The notes beneath the pieces were generated by a model. The model saw only the letters and a program-made list of their open reading frames with translations, ran no database searches and had not been told where the DNA came from. A stretch of 64,000 nucleotides of DNA, taken from positions 128,001 through 192,000 of the forward strand of contig OZ242008.1 in NCBI GenBank assembly GCA_965204735.1, written 5' to 3'. How positions within the stretch are numbered: position 1 is the first letter of the stretch; each line of letters starts with the position of its first letter. Position numbers and translations under genes: made by a program. This DNA is from Longimicrobiales bacterium. GTDB taxonomy: Bacteria; Gemmatimonadota; Gemmatimonadetes; Longimicrobiales; Gaopeijiaceae. This document shows, piece after piece, positions 17,955-28,402 of this stretch.

Positions 17955-20780
17955 ATGGAAGTCCCGGCCAAGACCGCTCCCCGCCTTTTCCTGATCGACG
18001 CCTACGCCCTGATCTACCGGGCGTTCTACGCCTTCGGGGATCGGCCGCTCACCAACGCCAAGGGCGAGAACACGTCCGCTCCCTTCGGCTTCGCCACCTT
18101 CCTCCACGACGTCTTCGAAACGCACGGGCCCGACTACTTGGCCGTCGTCTTCGACTCGGGACGCAGCCACCGGGAGGAGCTCTACCCGGCGTACAAGGCC
18201 ACCCGAGAAAAGATGCCCGCCGAGCTGCGGGAGAGCCTGCCTCGGGTTCGGGAGCTGGTGGAGGCGTTCCGGGGGCGAGTCGTCGAAGTGGAAGGCTGGG
18301 AGGCCGACGACGTGATCGGCACCCTGGCCCGCCAGGCCGTGGAGAAGGGGATGGAGGCCGTGATCGTCTCCGGCGACAAGGACTTCTACCAGCTGGTGAG
18401 CGGCGGCGTGCGGCTGCTGAACCCAGGCCGAGGCGGACCCGCCGGCGTGGCGACCCACTGGGTGGACGAAGCGACGGCCGCCCGGAAGTTTGGCGTGCCG
18501 CCCGAGCGGGTCGTGGACTACTTGGCGCTGGTGGGCGACTCGTCGGACAACGTGCCGGGCGCCCCGGGGGTCGGGCCGAAGACGGCTGTGAAGCTGCTGA
18601 ACGAACACGGGACCGTGGAAGCCGCGCTCGACCGCGCGGGCGAGGTGAAGGCCAAGCGGGTGCGCGAGTCGCTGATCGCCAACCGGGAGCAGGTTCTCCT
18701 CTCCAAGAAGCTGGTCGCGATCTGCACGGACGTGGCGGTGGAGGTGGAGATCAACGACCTGCGGGTGTCGGCGCCCGACGCCGAACGGCTGCGCGCCCTG
18801 TACGTGGAGCTCGAGTTCCGCACTCTGCTGGGGCGCCTCGGCGGGAGCGGCATCGCAAGGAAGACGGCCGGCGACGAGAGCGGAGCGGGCGCGGAGGCCG
18901 GGGCCGAGTACGTGGTCGTGTCCGGCTTGGACGAAGTGGCGGACGTGGTGCGGGTCTGCCGAGAGGCGGGAACGATAGGCGTGGCGGTCCTTACCGGGAC
19001 GCTGGAGCCGACGCGGGGAGCGGTCGTGGGCTTGGCGCTGGCGCCGGCGGCAGGCCGCGCCTTCTACCTGCCGGTGGGCCACCAGGAAGAGACGGCCGCC
19101 CCGACGCTCGACGGACTGGGCGAGCTGGGAGACCTGGGCGAAGCGGTCCGCAACGCTCCCGTCCCCAACCTGCCGTCCCTGGACGGCGGCGAGATGACCC
19201 CGCTTCGGGAGCTGCTGGCCGACTCCGCGGTCGCCAAGGTGGGCCACGACCTGAAGCGTTCGATCGTCGCCTGCCGACGGGCCGGGCTGGAGCTGGCCGG
19301 GCCCCTGCACGACGCGATGGTGGCGTCCTACGTGCTGGACCCGGGCCGTCGCCACCAGGACCTGACCGCTCTCGCCACCGACTTCCTGGGCGCCCAGGTC
19401 ACGCCGGCTTCCAACGCGACGGGCAAGGGAAAGGATCGGCGCGACTTCGGCGAGGCGCTCGCCGCTGCCGCCCGCGACTTCGCCTGCGAGCAGGCCGAGC
19501 TGCCCCTGCGCCTGTGGGAGCGCTTTGCCCAGGAGCTGGCCGCCCGCGGCCCCGGGACGCAGCGCCTCTTCGACGATCTGGAGACGCCCCTGATCCCGGT
19601 TCTGGCCGAGATGGAGCTGGCGGGCGTGGGGATCGACGCGGCCTTCTTCACTCGGATGCGCGCCCGCCTGGAGGAGGAGCTGCGGCTGATCCGAGGCGAC
19701 CTCTACCGGATGGCGGGGACCGACTTCAACATCCACTCCACGCCCCAGCTTCGCCAAGTCCTCTTCGAGCGCCTGGAGCTTCCCGTCCTGAAGCGCACCA
19801 AGACGGGGCCGTCCACCGACTCCACTGTGCTGGAAGAGCTGGCGGCGGCAGGTCACGAGCTTCCCCGGCTGCTCATGGAGTACCGGCAGCTCGACAAGTT
19901 GCGGGGCACCTACGTGGACGCCCTTCCCGCGCTGGTGAACCCCGAGACGCGGCGCATCCACACCACCTTCAACCAGTCGGTGGCCGCCACGGGCCGCCTC
20001 TCGTCCTCCGATCCCAACCTCCAGAACATCCCCGTCCGCACCGACCTGGGGCGCGAGATCCGCAAGGGGTTCGTGGCGCCGCCGGGAGCGCTCCTGCTGA
20101 CTGCCGACTACTCCCAGATCGAGCTTCGCGTCCTGGCCCACTACTCGGGGGACCCGGTCTTCGTGCGGGCGTTCCGGGAAGAGAAGGACATCCATCGGGA
20201 AACCGCGGCGGTGGTCTTCGACGTGGCGGTGGACGAGGTCACGGGCCAGATGCGGGACCAGGCCAAGACGGTCAACTTCGCCACGATCTACGGGCAGGGT
20301 CCCTTCTCCCTGAGCCGTCGGCTGGGTATCTCGATGGACGAAGCGAAGGCTTTCATCGCCGCGTACTTCGAGCGCTTCGCCGGGGTGCGCCGCTACCTGG
20401 ACGAGCAGGTGGAGCGGGCCAAGGAGACGGGGTATGTCGAGACGCTGCTGGGTCGGCGGCGACGAGTGCCCGAGCTGTGGGCCAAGTCGTGGAACGTCCG
20501 TCAGTTCGGCGAACGAGTCGCCTGCAACACGCCGATCCAGGGGACGGCGGCCGACCTGATCAAGGCGGCGATGATCCGGCTGGCCGCGATTCTCGACGGG
20601 GACCCGGGGGCCCGGATGCTCCTCCAGGTCCACGACGAGCTGGTCTTCGAGGTGGCCGAGGACCGGGTGGAGGAGTTGGCCGCCACCGCGACGGAGGCGA
20701 TGGAGTCGGCGATGGAGCTCGACGTGCCTCTCCGGGTGGACGTGGGGGCCGGGAAGAGCTGGTACGACTGCAAGGCGTGA
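17955..20780 (+). CDS. polA: DNA polymerase I
   Basis: 5'-3' exonuclease (LIDAYALIYRAF, EADDVIGT), motif A DYSQIELR, motif B AKTVNFATIYG, motif C QVHDELVFE. Confidence 0.98.
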   Translation: MEVPAKTAPRLFLIDAYALIYRAFYAFGDRPLTNAKGENTSAPFGFATFLHDVFETHGPDYLAVVFDSGRSHREELYPAYKATREKMPAELRESLPRVRELVEAFRGRVVEVEGWEADDVIGTLARQAVEKGMEAVIVSGDKDFYQLVSGGVRLLNPGRGGPAGVATHWVDEATAARKFGVPPERVVDYLALVGDSSDNVPGAPGVGPKTAVKLLNEHGTVEAALDRAGEVKAKRVRESLIANREQVLLSKKLVAICTDVAVEVEINDLRVSAPDAERLRALYVELEFRTLLGRLGGSGIARKTAGDESGAGAEAGAEYVVVSGLDEVADVVRVCREAGTIGVAVLTGTLEPTRGAVVGLALAPAAGRAFYLPVGHQEETAAPTLDGLGELGDLGEAVRNAPVPNLPSLDGGEMTPLRELLADSAVAKVGHDLKRSIVACRRAGLELAGPLHDAMVASYVLDPGRRHQDLTALATDFLGAQVTPASNATGKGKDRRDFGEALAAAARDFACEQAELPLRLWERFAQELAARGPGTQRLFDDLETPLIPVLAEMELAGVGIDAAFFTRMRARLEEELRLIRGDLYRMAGTDFNIHSTPQLRQVLFERLELPVLKRTKTGPSTDSTVLEELAAAGHELPRLLMEYRQLDKLRGTYVDALPALVNPETRRIHTTFNQSVAATGRLSSSDPNLQNIPVRTDLGREIRKGFVAPPGALLLTADYSQIELRVLAHYSGDPVFVRAFREEKDIHRETAAVVFDVAVDEVTGQMRDQAKTVNFATIYGQGPFSLSRRLGISMDEAKAFIAAYFERFAGVRRYLDEQVERAKETGYVETLLGRRRRVPELWAKSWNVRQFGERVACNTPIQGTAADLIKAAMIRLAAILDGDPGARMLLQVHDELVFEVAEDRVEELAATATEAMESAMELDVPLRVDVGAGKSWYDCKA

Positions 20781-20956
20781 CGGGGTCGTTTCCGGCGGTT
20801 GCGGCCACGAAAAAAAAAATAGGCCCAACGAGAAATGGAAACGCCCATCGGGAGAGCCCATCCTTCTGTCGTGCACCCCTGACTCGGGGCCTGCCGGTGG
20901 CCAAACCCGCGACGTCACGGCATCCCGAAGCGCGGTCCAAGACGGAGGAATGTCCC

Positions 20957-21301
20957 GTGAGCCGTTCGGTCAACAAGATCATTCTCGTGGGCAACGTCGG
21001 GAACGACCCCGACGTGCGCATGACCAGCTCCGGCGTGAAGGTCGCCCACCTCTCCCTCGCCACGAACTGGCGCACCGGCGGCGACGAGCCGGAAGAGCGC
21101 ACCGACTGGCACCGGGTGAACCTGTGGGGACGCCTGGCCCAGGTGGCGGAGGACTACGTCTCGAAGGGAGACAAGCTCTTCATCGAGGGCTACCTGCAGT
21201 ACGACTCCTACGAGCGGGACGGCGTGACGATCCCGACGGCGGAGGTCAGGGCGCGGGAGCTGGTGATGCTGACGCCGCGCAGCGCGGACGATCCCGTGTA
21301 G
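20957..21301 (+). CDS. ssb: single-stranded DNA-binding protein (short form)
   Basis: SVNKIILVGNVGNDPDVR...LSLATN...TDWHRV...KGDKLFIEG. GTG start with GGAGG RBS. Confidence 0.95.
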   Translation: MSRSVNKIILVGNVGNDPDVRMTSSGVKVAHLSLATNWRTGGDEPEERTDWHRVNLWGRLAQVAEDYVSKGDKLFIEGYLQYDSYERDGVTIPTAEVRARELVMLTPRSADDPV

Positions 21302-21369
21302 CCCGCGACAGGACTCCGGGGTCGGCGGCGTGCAGACGGCCGTCGGCCCCGGTGGCTTGGCTCAGCGCG

Positions 21370-22230
21370 TCAGTTGGCGGTCCAGAAGCCTTCGAGAGAC
21401 TCGCCCTGGGGGCTGTCCCGGAGCTTCTCGAACGCCCGGTTGCGGATCTGGCGGATCCGCTCCCTGGTCACGCCGAGGAGCTTGCCGATGTCTTCGAGGG
21501 TGCGCTCTTCGCCGTCGTCAAGGCCGTAGTAGAGGTAGAGGATCTTCCGCTCCCGCTCCGTCAGGTACTCGTCGAACATCGACTCCAGGTAGCGACGCCG
21601 AACCCGCGCCTCCATGTGTTCCTCGATGTCGTCCGCGTCCGACCCTGCGAAGCGGTCGCCGAAGCTGGCGCTGTCCCGGTCGCTTCGGTCGATGGGAGCG
21701 TCGAAGCTCAGCTCGGTGGCGGCCACGCGGCGGAGGGTCCGAACCGTCTCCAAGGGCTCCCTCATCTCCCGGGCGAGCTCGTCGTCGGTCGGAGTCCGGC
21801 CCAGCTCTTGGCTGAGGGCGGTGGTGGTGCGCGCCAAGCGAGCCAAGTTCGAGTTCTGGTTGAGGGGGATCCGCACCGAGCGCGTCTGCTCCGCCAGGGC
21901 CTGGAGAACGGTTTGGCGGATCCACCACACGGCGTAGGAGATGAACTTCACGCCCTTGTCCGGGTCGAACTTCTTGACGGCCTTCAGGAGCCCCTCGTTC
22001 CCGATGCAGACCAGCTCTGCCAGCCCCAGGCCTCGGCCTTGGTACTTCTTCACGTAGGAGATGACGAAGCGGAGGTTGGCCGTGACCAGTCGTTCCGCCG
22101 CTTCCTTGTCCCCGGCTCGGGCTCGCCTCGCGAGGTCCTTTTCTTCCTCCGGGTCCGAGATCAGGGGGTAGCGCTCCACGTCTTGGAGGTACTGGTCGAA
22201 GGAATCGAGACCACGCGAATCGGTGAGCAA
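21370..22230 (-). CDS. RNA polymerase sigma-70 factor, RpoD/SigA family
   Basis: LVTANLRFVISYVKKYQGRG, KFISYAVWWIRQ, TLEDIGKLLGVTRERIRQI. Confidence 0.95.
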   Translation of the reverse strand: MLTDSRGLDSFDQYLQDVERYPLISDPEEEKDLARRARAGDKEAAERLVTANLRFVISYVKKYQGRGLGLAELVCIGNEGLLKAVKKFDPDKGVKFISYAVWWIRQTVLQALAEQTRSVRIPLNQNSNLARLARTTTALSQELGRTPTDDELAREMREPLETVRTLRRVAATELSFDAPIDRSDRDSASFGDRFAGSDADDIEEHMEARVRRRYLESMFDEYLTERERKILYLYYGLDDGEERTLEDIGKLLGVTRERIRQIRNRAFEKLRDSPQGESLEGFWTAN

Positions 22231-22332
22231 AAGCCGTCCTCCTGCCGGAACGATAGGACTGCGGCGTCTCTTGGCGACCGATTGGGGAGGGCTTCGCCCC
22301 CGCTCGAATGCCGGGAAGCCGGGAACACCAAC

Positions 22333-22361
22333 AGCTTATGCCTCCGGCGTCCGAAAGTCAA
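22333..22361 (-). promoter_or_regulatory. sigma-70 promoter of the sigma factor gene
   Basis: TTGACT-N17-TAAGCT on the minus strand, preceded by an A-rich UP-like tract. Confidence 0.6.
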
Positions 22362-22433
22362 TGTTTTTTTCGGCTTGGCGCGCCTTCCGTCTCGGGCGCC
22401 GGCGCGCATTCTCGGCCGCCGGAACGCGCCTCG

Positions 22434-24278
22434 TCACCGGCCGGAGCGGCCTCCCAAGAGCGCGTCCAGGGCCGGAACCAGACGGCTCCGACGGGTCTGG
22501 CGGTCCCCGAAGCCGGCGAGGAGGCTGACGGTCTGGGAAACGCCCACGTGGAAGCGAACGTCCCGGAGCCCGCCGTCGCGCAGGGGGACGGCCACGGCGA
22601 GGCCATAGGCGTTTCGGCTGCCCGGCGGAAACCCCATCCTGATCCCAGCGCCCGCCGCCGCGCGCGGTCCAGAGTCGGCCCCGAAGGGAACGTCGCCCCG
22701 CCACCCCGCGCCCGCGTCCAGGAAGACGGTCAGGCCCAAGTCGAACACGTCCCTGAACGGCCCGTCCAGAGCGATTCGATCCTCCAAGTTGAGGACGAGC
22801 CTCCGGCCGGCCGGAAAAGCCTCCTGGTCGAGCCCGCGCATCCCTCCGCCCGGGCTGCCCAGCGTCAGCTGGAAGGGAAGCGAGTGGTTCCATCCGCCGG
22901 CGCCCGAGAGGTTCGCCACCAGCGTGTGGCCCGGTCCGCCCGAGGGCTGCCAGTAGAGGTGCGCCTCGAACTCGACGAGGACGTCCCGGTAGCTCGAAGG
23001 GGCGCCTTCCCCGATCAGGCGAGCGGCTTCGGCGGCGAACTCGGAGCTGAGCACCCACGTGGGTCCGGCGGCGCCGGCGAAGAGCGAGAGACGGCCGGCG
23101 AGCTCCCGGTAGGCGCCGTCGGTCGTTCCTCCCGCAGGCGTGCCGTCTCGGCGAAACGGCTTGCCCAAGGTGGTTCCCGCCGCCAGTAGCAGCTGAGCGC
23201 CCGTGCGCACGTCCTGGCGGCCCCGGACCGCGTCCAGTCCCCTGCGGGCGACGAAGCGGATCCTGCGCTTGCCGGCCAGCAAGACGGCCCGGGCGGCGTC
23301 GCGGGGGACGACCTGCGGCCCGAGCGCCTCGATGGTGGCGGAGTCCGCGGGCTCTCGCACCCCGAAGTCCAGGTCCGGCACCACCTCCACTCCCGCCGGG
23401 AAGTCGGCGAACGAGACTTCCCGCCACGACACGCCCGCCCCCAGGACCGTCAGGTCGCCGGGCTCGCCCAGGCGCGCCGCCAGCGTCGCCGACGCCCGAC
23501 GGGTGGCCATCGGCAAGCTCGCGTGCGTGAAGGGCGACCCTTCCGGCGCCCCGTAGGGGAAGAGGCTCTCGCGTCGCGAGAAAGACTGCTGGAAGGCGAA
23601 CCGGCCCACCTCGCCGACGAAGGGGTAGGCCAGCGACTCCTCGAAGAAGGTGCCGGTGCGGGTGCGACCGACGCTGATCCCGCCGTCCATGCGGGTGCCC
23701 GCCATCCGCCGAGTCCGCACCGCTCCGCCCACGTCCTGCTGCTCGTCCTGCTCCCTCCAGAAGAACGCCAGGCGCGTTCCCGTTCCCCAGAAGCTTTCCT
23801 CTGCGACTTCGGCCCGGGCGAACCCGAAGCCGCCCCGCACCTTCGGCAGCACGTTCAGCTTGAAGGTCCACTCGTCCTGCGTCTCCACCACCACCGAGTC
23901 TCCCTCGATCCGCGCCTCCGCTTCGGCGATGAAGGGGTAGGACCGAAGGATGCGGGCCGACTCGGAGACCAGGAACGGATTGAGGCAGTCGCCCGGCTTG
24001 AAGAGCAGCTCGCCGCGCACGAAGCCCTCCCGGGTACGGTGGTGCAGGCGGTTCGCCACGGTGTGGACCAGCCGCCGAAAGCGCCCTTCGGGGACGTCCT
24101 CGTCGGCGTGGTAGATCGATCGGCGATCGAGCGCCACTGCCCGGATCGCTCCGGCGGGGCACGAATCGAGCGGGAGGTCCGCCTGAGCGTCCAAGAGCGA
24201 CGCGCCGCCGGCCGGCCCGGCCGCCAGGGCCAGGGCGCCGGCCGGGACGCGGAAGCGCCGCGCGAGGGCGCGGGTCAT
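22434..24278 (-). CDS. Omp85/BamA-TamA-like outer membrane protein
   Basis: Signal peptide, POTRA-like HHRTREGFVRGELLFKPGD...ESARILR, and beta-barrel end MRG...FLDAGAGW...GAGIRMG. Confidence 0.7.
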   Translation of the reverse strand: MTRALARRFRVPAGALALAAGPAGGASLLDAQADLPLDSCPAGAIRAVALDRRSIYHADEDVPEGRFRRLVHTVANRLHHRTREGFVRGELLFKPGDCLNPFLVSESARILRSYPFIAEAEARIEGDSVVVETQDEWTFKLNVLPKVRGGFGFARAEVAEESFWGTGTRLAFFWREQDEQQDVGGAVRTRRMAGTRMDGGISVGRTRTGTFFEESLAYPFVGEVGRFAFQQSFSRRESLFPYGAPEGSPFTHASLPMATRRASATLAARLGEPGDLTVLGAGVSWREVSFADFPAGVEVVPDLDFGVREPADSATIEALGPQVVPRDAARAVLLAGKRRIRFVARRGLDAVRGRQDVRTGAQLLLAAGTTLGKPFRRDGTPAGGTTDGAYRELAGRLSLFAGAAGPTWVLSSEFAAEAARLIGEGAPSSYRDVLVEFEAHLYWQPSGGPGHTLVANLSGAGGWNHSLPFQLTLGSPGGGMRGLDQEAFPAGRRLVLNLEDRIALDGPFRDVFDLGLTVFLDAGAGWRGDVPFGADSGPRAAAGAGIRMGFPPGSRNAYGLAVAVPLRDGGLRDVRFHVGVSQTVSLLAGFGDRQTRRSRLVPALDALLGGRSGR

Positions 24279-24382
24279 GGAGTCGCGAGTTGTCGGTGCA
24301 CGCGGAAGGACGCGGCGTGGGCGGGGCCGGCGAGGCCGACGACCGGCGGGCGGTGATCTGGAAGCTACCACGGAAAGACGAA

Positions 24383-24412
24383 TTGACGGCCGTTCGGGGT
24401 TGCCGGTAGCAT
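24383..24412 (+). promoter_or_regulatory. putative promoter of maeB-pckA
   Basis: TTGACG-N18-TAGCAT. Confidence 0.5.
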
Positions 24413-24473
24413 GACGCCTCCGTCTTTCGAAAGCGAAGAGAGGGATCAAGTCCCTCGGGGGAAGAGAAGAACT

Positions 24474-26753
24474 TTGCCGACACCCGCACGCGACGCGCTG
24501 GAGTACCACGCCGAAGGCCGACCGGGGAAGATCGAGGTGGTCCCCTCGAAGGCCGTGGCCACCCAGAGGGACCTCTCGTTGGCGTACACGCCCGGGGTCG
24601 CCGAGCCCTGTCGGGCGATTCACCGAGACCCGGAGGAAGTCTTCCGCTACACGGCCCGGGGAAATCTGGTCGCCGTCGTCTCCAACGGAACGGCGGTGCT
24701 GGGGCTCGCAAACATCGGCCCGCTGGCGTCCAAGCCGGTGATGGAGGGCAAGGGCGTCCTCTTCAAGCGCTTCGCGGGGATCGACGTCTTCGACCTGGAG
24801 ATCGACACGGAGGACCCGGATGAGATCGTCCGCTTCTGCCAGCTGCTCGAGCCCACCGTCGGCGGCATCAACCTGGAAGACATCCGGGCGCCCGAGTGCT
24901 TCCACGTGGAGGAGAAGCTGCGGGAGACGATGGGGATTCCCGTCTTCCACGACGACCAGCACGGAACCGCCATCATCGCGGGGGCGGCCCTGATCAACGC
25001 CTTGGAGCTCTCCGGCCGGAGCCCGGAAAGCGCCCAGGTCGTGTTCAGCGGGGCGGGCGCGTCGGCGCTGGCCACGGCGGGGCACTTCCTGCGGCTGGGC
25101 GTCCGCCCCGAGCACCTGCTGATGGCGGACCGGGCCGGGGTGATCCACCAGGGTCGCGAGGAGGGGATGAACCGCTACAAGGCGAAGTACGCCACTGCCC
25201 GCCCCGAGCGGACCCTGGCAGATGCGATGGAGGGGGCCGACGTGGTGGTCGGCCTCTCCGCGCAGGGAGCGATCACCAAGGAGATGGTCGCTTCGATGGG
25301 GCCGAACCCGGTCATCTTCGCCCTGGCCAACCCCGACCCCGAGATCACGCCGGAGGAGGTGGCCCGCGTCCGGGGCGACGCGATCATGGCCACGGGCCGC
25401 TCCGACTATCCGAATCAAGTGAACAACGTCCTGGGCTTCCCCTTCCTCTTCCGAGGCGCCTTGGACGTGCGAGCCAGGCGCATCGACGAGGGGATGATGC
25501 TGGCGGCGACCGAGGCGCTGGCGGAGCTGGCCCGCGACGAGGTGCCCGAGTCGGTGGCTCGCGCCTACGGGCGGGACGACTTCGCCTTCGGGCGCGACTA
25601 CCTGATCCCCAAGCCCTTCGACCCGCGAGTCCTCCTTCACGTGGCGCCGGCGGTGGCCAACGCCGCCGCGGAGTCGGGGGCGGCCCGCCTCTCCGTGGAC
25701 CCGGACGAGTACCGGGCTCGACTGGAAGCCAGCCTGGGTCCCGGGCGCGAGGTCATGCGGCGGATGCGCAGCCGGGCGCGCAGGGACCCGGCGCGCATCG
25801 TGCTGGCGGACGGCTACAACGAGCGGGTGTTGCGCGCGGCCGCCCAGGTCGTCGAGGAGGGGATCGCCCGGGTGGTGCTGATCGGCAAGGCCGAGAAGGT
25901 GCACCGGATCGGCGCCGAGCTGGGGCTGGAGCTGGGAACCGTCGAGTGCGTCCACCCCGCCGCCGAGGAGGAGCGGCGCTACGAGTACGCCGACGAGTTC
26001 CACCGGCGCCGGGAGCGCAAGGGGCTGACCCTGGCCCACGCCCGGGCCCGGGCCTACGAGCCGGTCTACTTCGCCTCGATGATGGTCAGGGCCGGCCACG
26101 CCGACGCCATGGTGGCCGGGATCGACTCCAACTACCCGGAGATCCTCCGACCCGCGCTGGAGGTGGTCGGGACGTCGTCCTCGGTGCAGCGGGCGTCGGG
26201 GCTGCACATCATCGCCTTCCGGGACCGGGACCCCCTCTTCTTCGCCGACACGACCGTCAACATCGACCCCGACGCGGCCACCCTGGCGGAGGTCGCAGTG
26301 TCGGCGGCCGGGTTCGTCCGCGACCAGGGGATCGAGCCCAGGATCGCCATGCTGTCGTTCTCCAACTTCGGCTCCGTCCGCCACCCCCAGGCCGAGAAGG
26401 TGCGGGAAGCGGTCGAGCGGATCCGCGCCATGGCGCCCGAGCTGGCCGTGGACGGCGAGATGCAGGCCGACGTGGCGGTCAGCGAGCACATGATGTCGGA
26501 AACCTATCCCTTCTGCGACCTGACGGGACCCGCCAACGTGCTCGTCTTCCCCACCCTCAGCGCGGCCAACGCGTCCTACAAGCTCCTGAGCCAGCTGGGG
26601 GCCGCCGAGGTGATCGGACCAATCCTTCTGGGAATGGAGAAGCCGGTCCACGTGCTGCAGCGCGGAAGCTCGGTCCTCGAGATCGTCCACCTGATCGCGA
26701 TCGCGTCCGTGGACGCCCGGACCCGGCGGAATCAAATTGGGGATTCCCCATAA
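24474..26753 (+). CDS. maeB: NADP-dependent malic enzyme with phosphotransacetylase-like domain
   Basis: LSLAYTPGVA, FHDDQHGTA, ATGRSDYPNQVNNVL, and PTA domain MLSFSNFGS...DGEMQAD. Confidence 0.97.
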   Translation: MPTPARDALEYHAEGRPGKIEVVPSKAVATQRDLSLAYTPGVAEPCRAIHRDPEEVFRYTARGNLVAVVSNGTAVLGLANIGPLASKPVMEGKGVLFKRFAGIDVFDLEIDTEDPDEIVRFCQLLEPTVGGINLEDIRAPECFHVEEKLRETMGIPVFHDDQHGTAIIAGAALINALELSGRSPESAQVVFSGAGASALATAGHFLRLGVRPEHLLMADRAGVIHQGREEGMNRYKAKYATARPERTLADAMEGADVVVGLSAQGAITKEMVASMGPNPVIFALANPDPEITPEEVARVRGDAIMATGRSDYPNQVNNVLGFPFLFRGALDVRARRIDEGMMLAATEALAELARDEVPESVARAYGRDDFAFGRDYLIPKPFDPRVLLHVAPAVANAAAESGAARLSVDPDEYRARLEASLGPGREVMRRMRSRARRDPARIVLADGYNERVLRAAAQVVEEGIARVVLIGKAEKVHRIGAELGLELGTVECVHPAAEEERRYEYADEFHRRRERKGLTLAHARARAYEPVYFASMMVRAGHADAMVAGIDSNYPEILRPALEVVGTSSSVQRASGLHIIAFRDRDPLFFADTTVNIDPDAATLAEVAVSAAGFVRDQGIEPRIAMLSFSNFGSVRHPQAEKVREAVERIRAMAPELAVDGEMQADVAVSEHMMSETYPFCDLTGPANVLVFPTLSAANASYKLLSQLGAAEVIGPILLGMEKPVHVLQRGSSVLEIVHLIAIASVDARTRRNQIGDSP

Positions 26754-26794
26754 GAGACCGTCCCAGGGAGAACCAACGCTCCGATGACGCTCTG

Positions 26795-28402
26795 ATGACC
26801 GTGGTCACCGACCTGCCCTCGCCGCTCGCCGCGCCGGGCTTGGAGATGCACGGGCTCGCGCCGCGCCGGCGGGTCCGCTGGAACCGGGGCGTCGCGTCGC
26901 TCTACGAGGCCGCGCTGCGCCTGGAGACGGGAAGGATCGCCGAGGGCGGGGGCTTGGCGACCACGACGCTGCCCCACACGGGACGCTCGCCCAACGACCG
27001 CTTCGTCGCCCAGGAAGCGGAAACCTTCGAGCAGATCGACTGGGGCGAGATCAACGTCCCCCTCCCCCGGGAGCGCTACGCCCGCCTCAAGGCCGACCTG
27101 ATCGAGCACCTGAACGGCGAGGACCTCTGGGTGCGGGACGTGCGCGCCGGCGCCGACCCCCGTTACGGGATCGGCGTGCGGGTGATCTCGGAGAGTCCGT
27201 GGCACGACCTCTTCGCCCGCAACATGTTCCTGCCCCCGTCGCCCGACGAGCGGTTCGGCCTGGCGCCCGGCTTCACGGTGTACCACGCGCCGACGTTTCC
27301 GGCGGACCCGGAGCGCCACGGCACCCGGTCCGGCGTCTTCGTGGCGATCAGCTTTGCCGACCGCTCCGTGCTGGCGGGAGGCACGGCCTACGCGGGCGAG
27401 ATCAAGAAGTCGATCTTCTCGGTGCTCAACTTCCTGCTGCCGGACAAGGGCGTGCTGCCCATGCACTGCTCCGCCAACATCGGTCGGTCCGGCGACACGG
27501 CCCTCTTCTTCGGGCTCTCGGGCACGGGAAAGACCACCCTCTCGGCCGACCCTTCCCGACGGCTGATCGGCGACGACGAGCACGGATGGAGCGACGACGG
27601 CGTCTTCAACTTCGAGGGGGGCTGCTACGCCAAGACGATCCGCCTCTCCGCCGAGGGCGAGCCCGACATCTACCGGGCCACCCGTCGATTCGGGACCATT
27701 CTGGAGAACGTGGTCCTGGATGAGGAGACCCGCGCGGTCGACTACGACTCGGCCCTCCTCACCGAGAACACGCGGGCGTCCTATCCCATCGGCTTCATCC
27801 CGGGATCGGTGGAGTCGGGCCGCGGGGGACACCCGGCGAACGTGGTGTTCCTCACGGCCGACGCCTTCGGCGTGCTGCCGCCGGTGGCGCGCCTGTCGCC
27901 GGAGCAGGCGATGTACCACTTCCTGTCGGGCTACACGGCCAAGGTGGCGGGTACCGAACGGGGCGTGACCGAACCCAGGGCCACCTTCAGCGCCTGCTTC
28001 GGGGCGCCCTTCCTGCCGCGCCACCCCGCGGTCTACGCCGCGCTGCTGGGCGAGCGGCTCCAGGACCACGGCGCGACGGCGTGGCTGGTCAACACCGGTT
28101 GGACGGGCGGCCGCTACGGGACCGGCTCGCGGATGGAGCTGGCCCACACCCGGGCAATGGTGGCGGCGGTGCTCGACGGTGCGCTGGACGACGCGCCGGG
28201 GGCGACCGACCCGGTCTTTGGGCTGCGCATCCCCTTGCGCGTGCCGGGCGTTCCCGACGAGGTGCTGCAGCCCCGAGGGACGTGGACCGACCCGGGCGAG
28301 TACGACGCCGCCGCCGGGGAGCTGGCAGCCGGCTTCAAGAGGAACTTCCAGCGGTTCGCGGGACGGGTCGAGGGGGCGGTTCGGGATGCGGGTCCTGCGT
28401 AG
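26795..28402 (+). CDS. pckA: phosphoenolpyruvate carboxykinase (ATP)
   Basis: YAGEIKK, GLSGTGKTTLS, LIGDDEHGW, EGGCYAK, ENTRASYP. Confidence 0.97.
   Translation: MTVVTDLPSPLAAPGLEMHGLAPRRRVRWNRGVASLYEAALRLETGRIAEGGGLATTTLPHTGRSPNDRFVAQEAETFEQIDWGEINVPLPRERYARLKADLIEHLNGEDLWVRDVRAGADPRYGIGVRVISESPWHDLFARNMFLPPSPDERFGLAPGFTVYHAPTFPADPERHGTRSGVFVAISFADRSVLAGGTAYAGEIKKSIFSVLNFLLPDKGVLPMHCSANIGRSGDTALFFGLSGTGKTTLSADPSRRLIGDDEHGWSDDGVFNFEGGCYAKTIRLSAEGEPDIYRATRRFGTILENVVLDEETRAVDYDSALLTENTRASYPIGFIPGSVESGRGGHPANVVFLTADAFGVLPPVARLSPEQAMYHFLSGYTAKVAGTERGVTEPRATFSACFGAPFLPRHPAVYAALLGERLQDHGATAWLVNTGWTGGRYGTGSRMELAHTRAMVAAVLDGALDDAPGATDPVFGLRIPLRVPGVPDEVLQPRGTWTDPGEYDAAAGELAAGFKRNFQRFAGRVEGAVRDAGPA

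Noticed and set aside
20810..20819. poly-A tract as a phase-variation site or terminator
   Set aside because: It is intergenic, lacks a convincing adjacent stem, and no gene ends there on the minus strand; it may simply be a promoter UP element.
17913..20918. 1001-aa minus-strand ORF and similar long antisense or alternate-frame ORFs (e.g. 38788-40890, 50448-53198)
   Set aside because: Shadow ORFs of well-supported genes in high-GC DNA, with no recognisable motifs.
22434..26735. 1433-aa ORF as one giant protein
   Set aside because: The portion above 24278 is antisense to maeB; only 22434-24278 looks coding.
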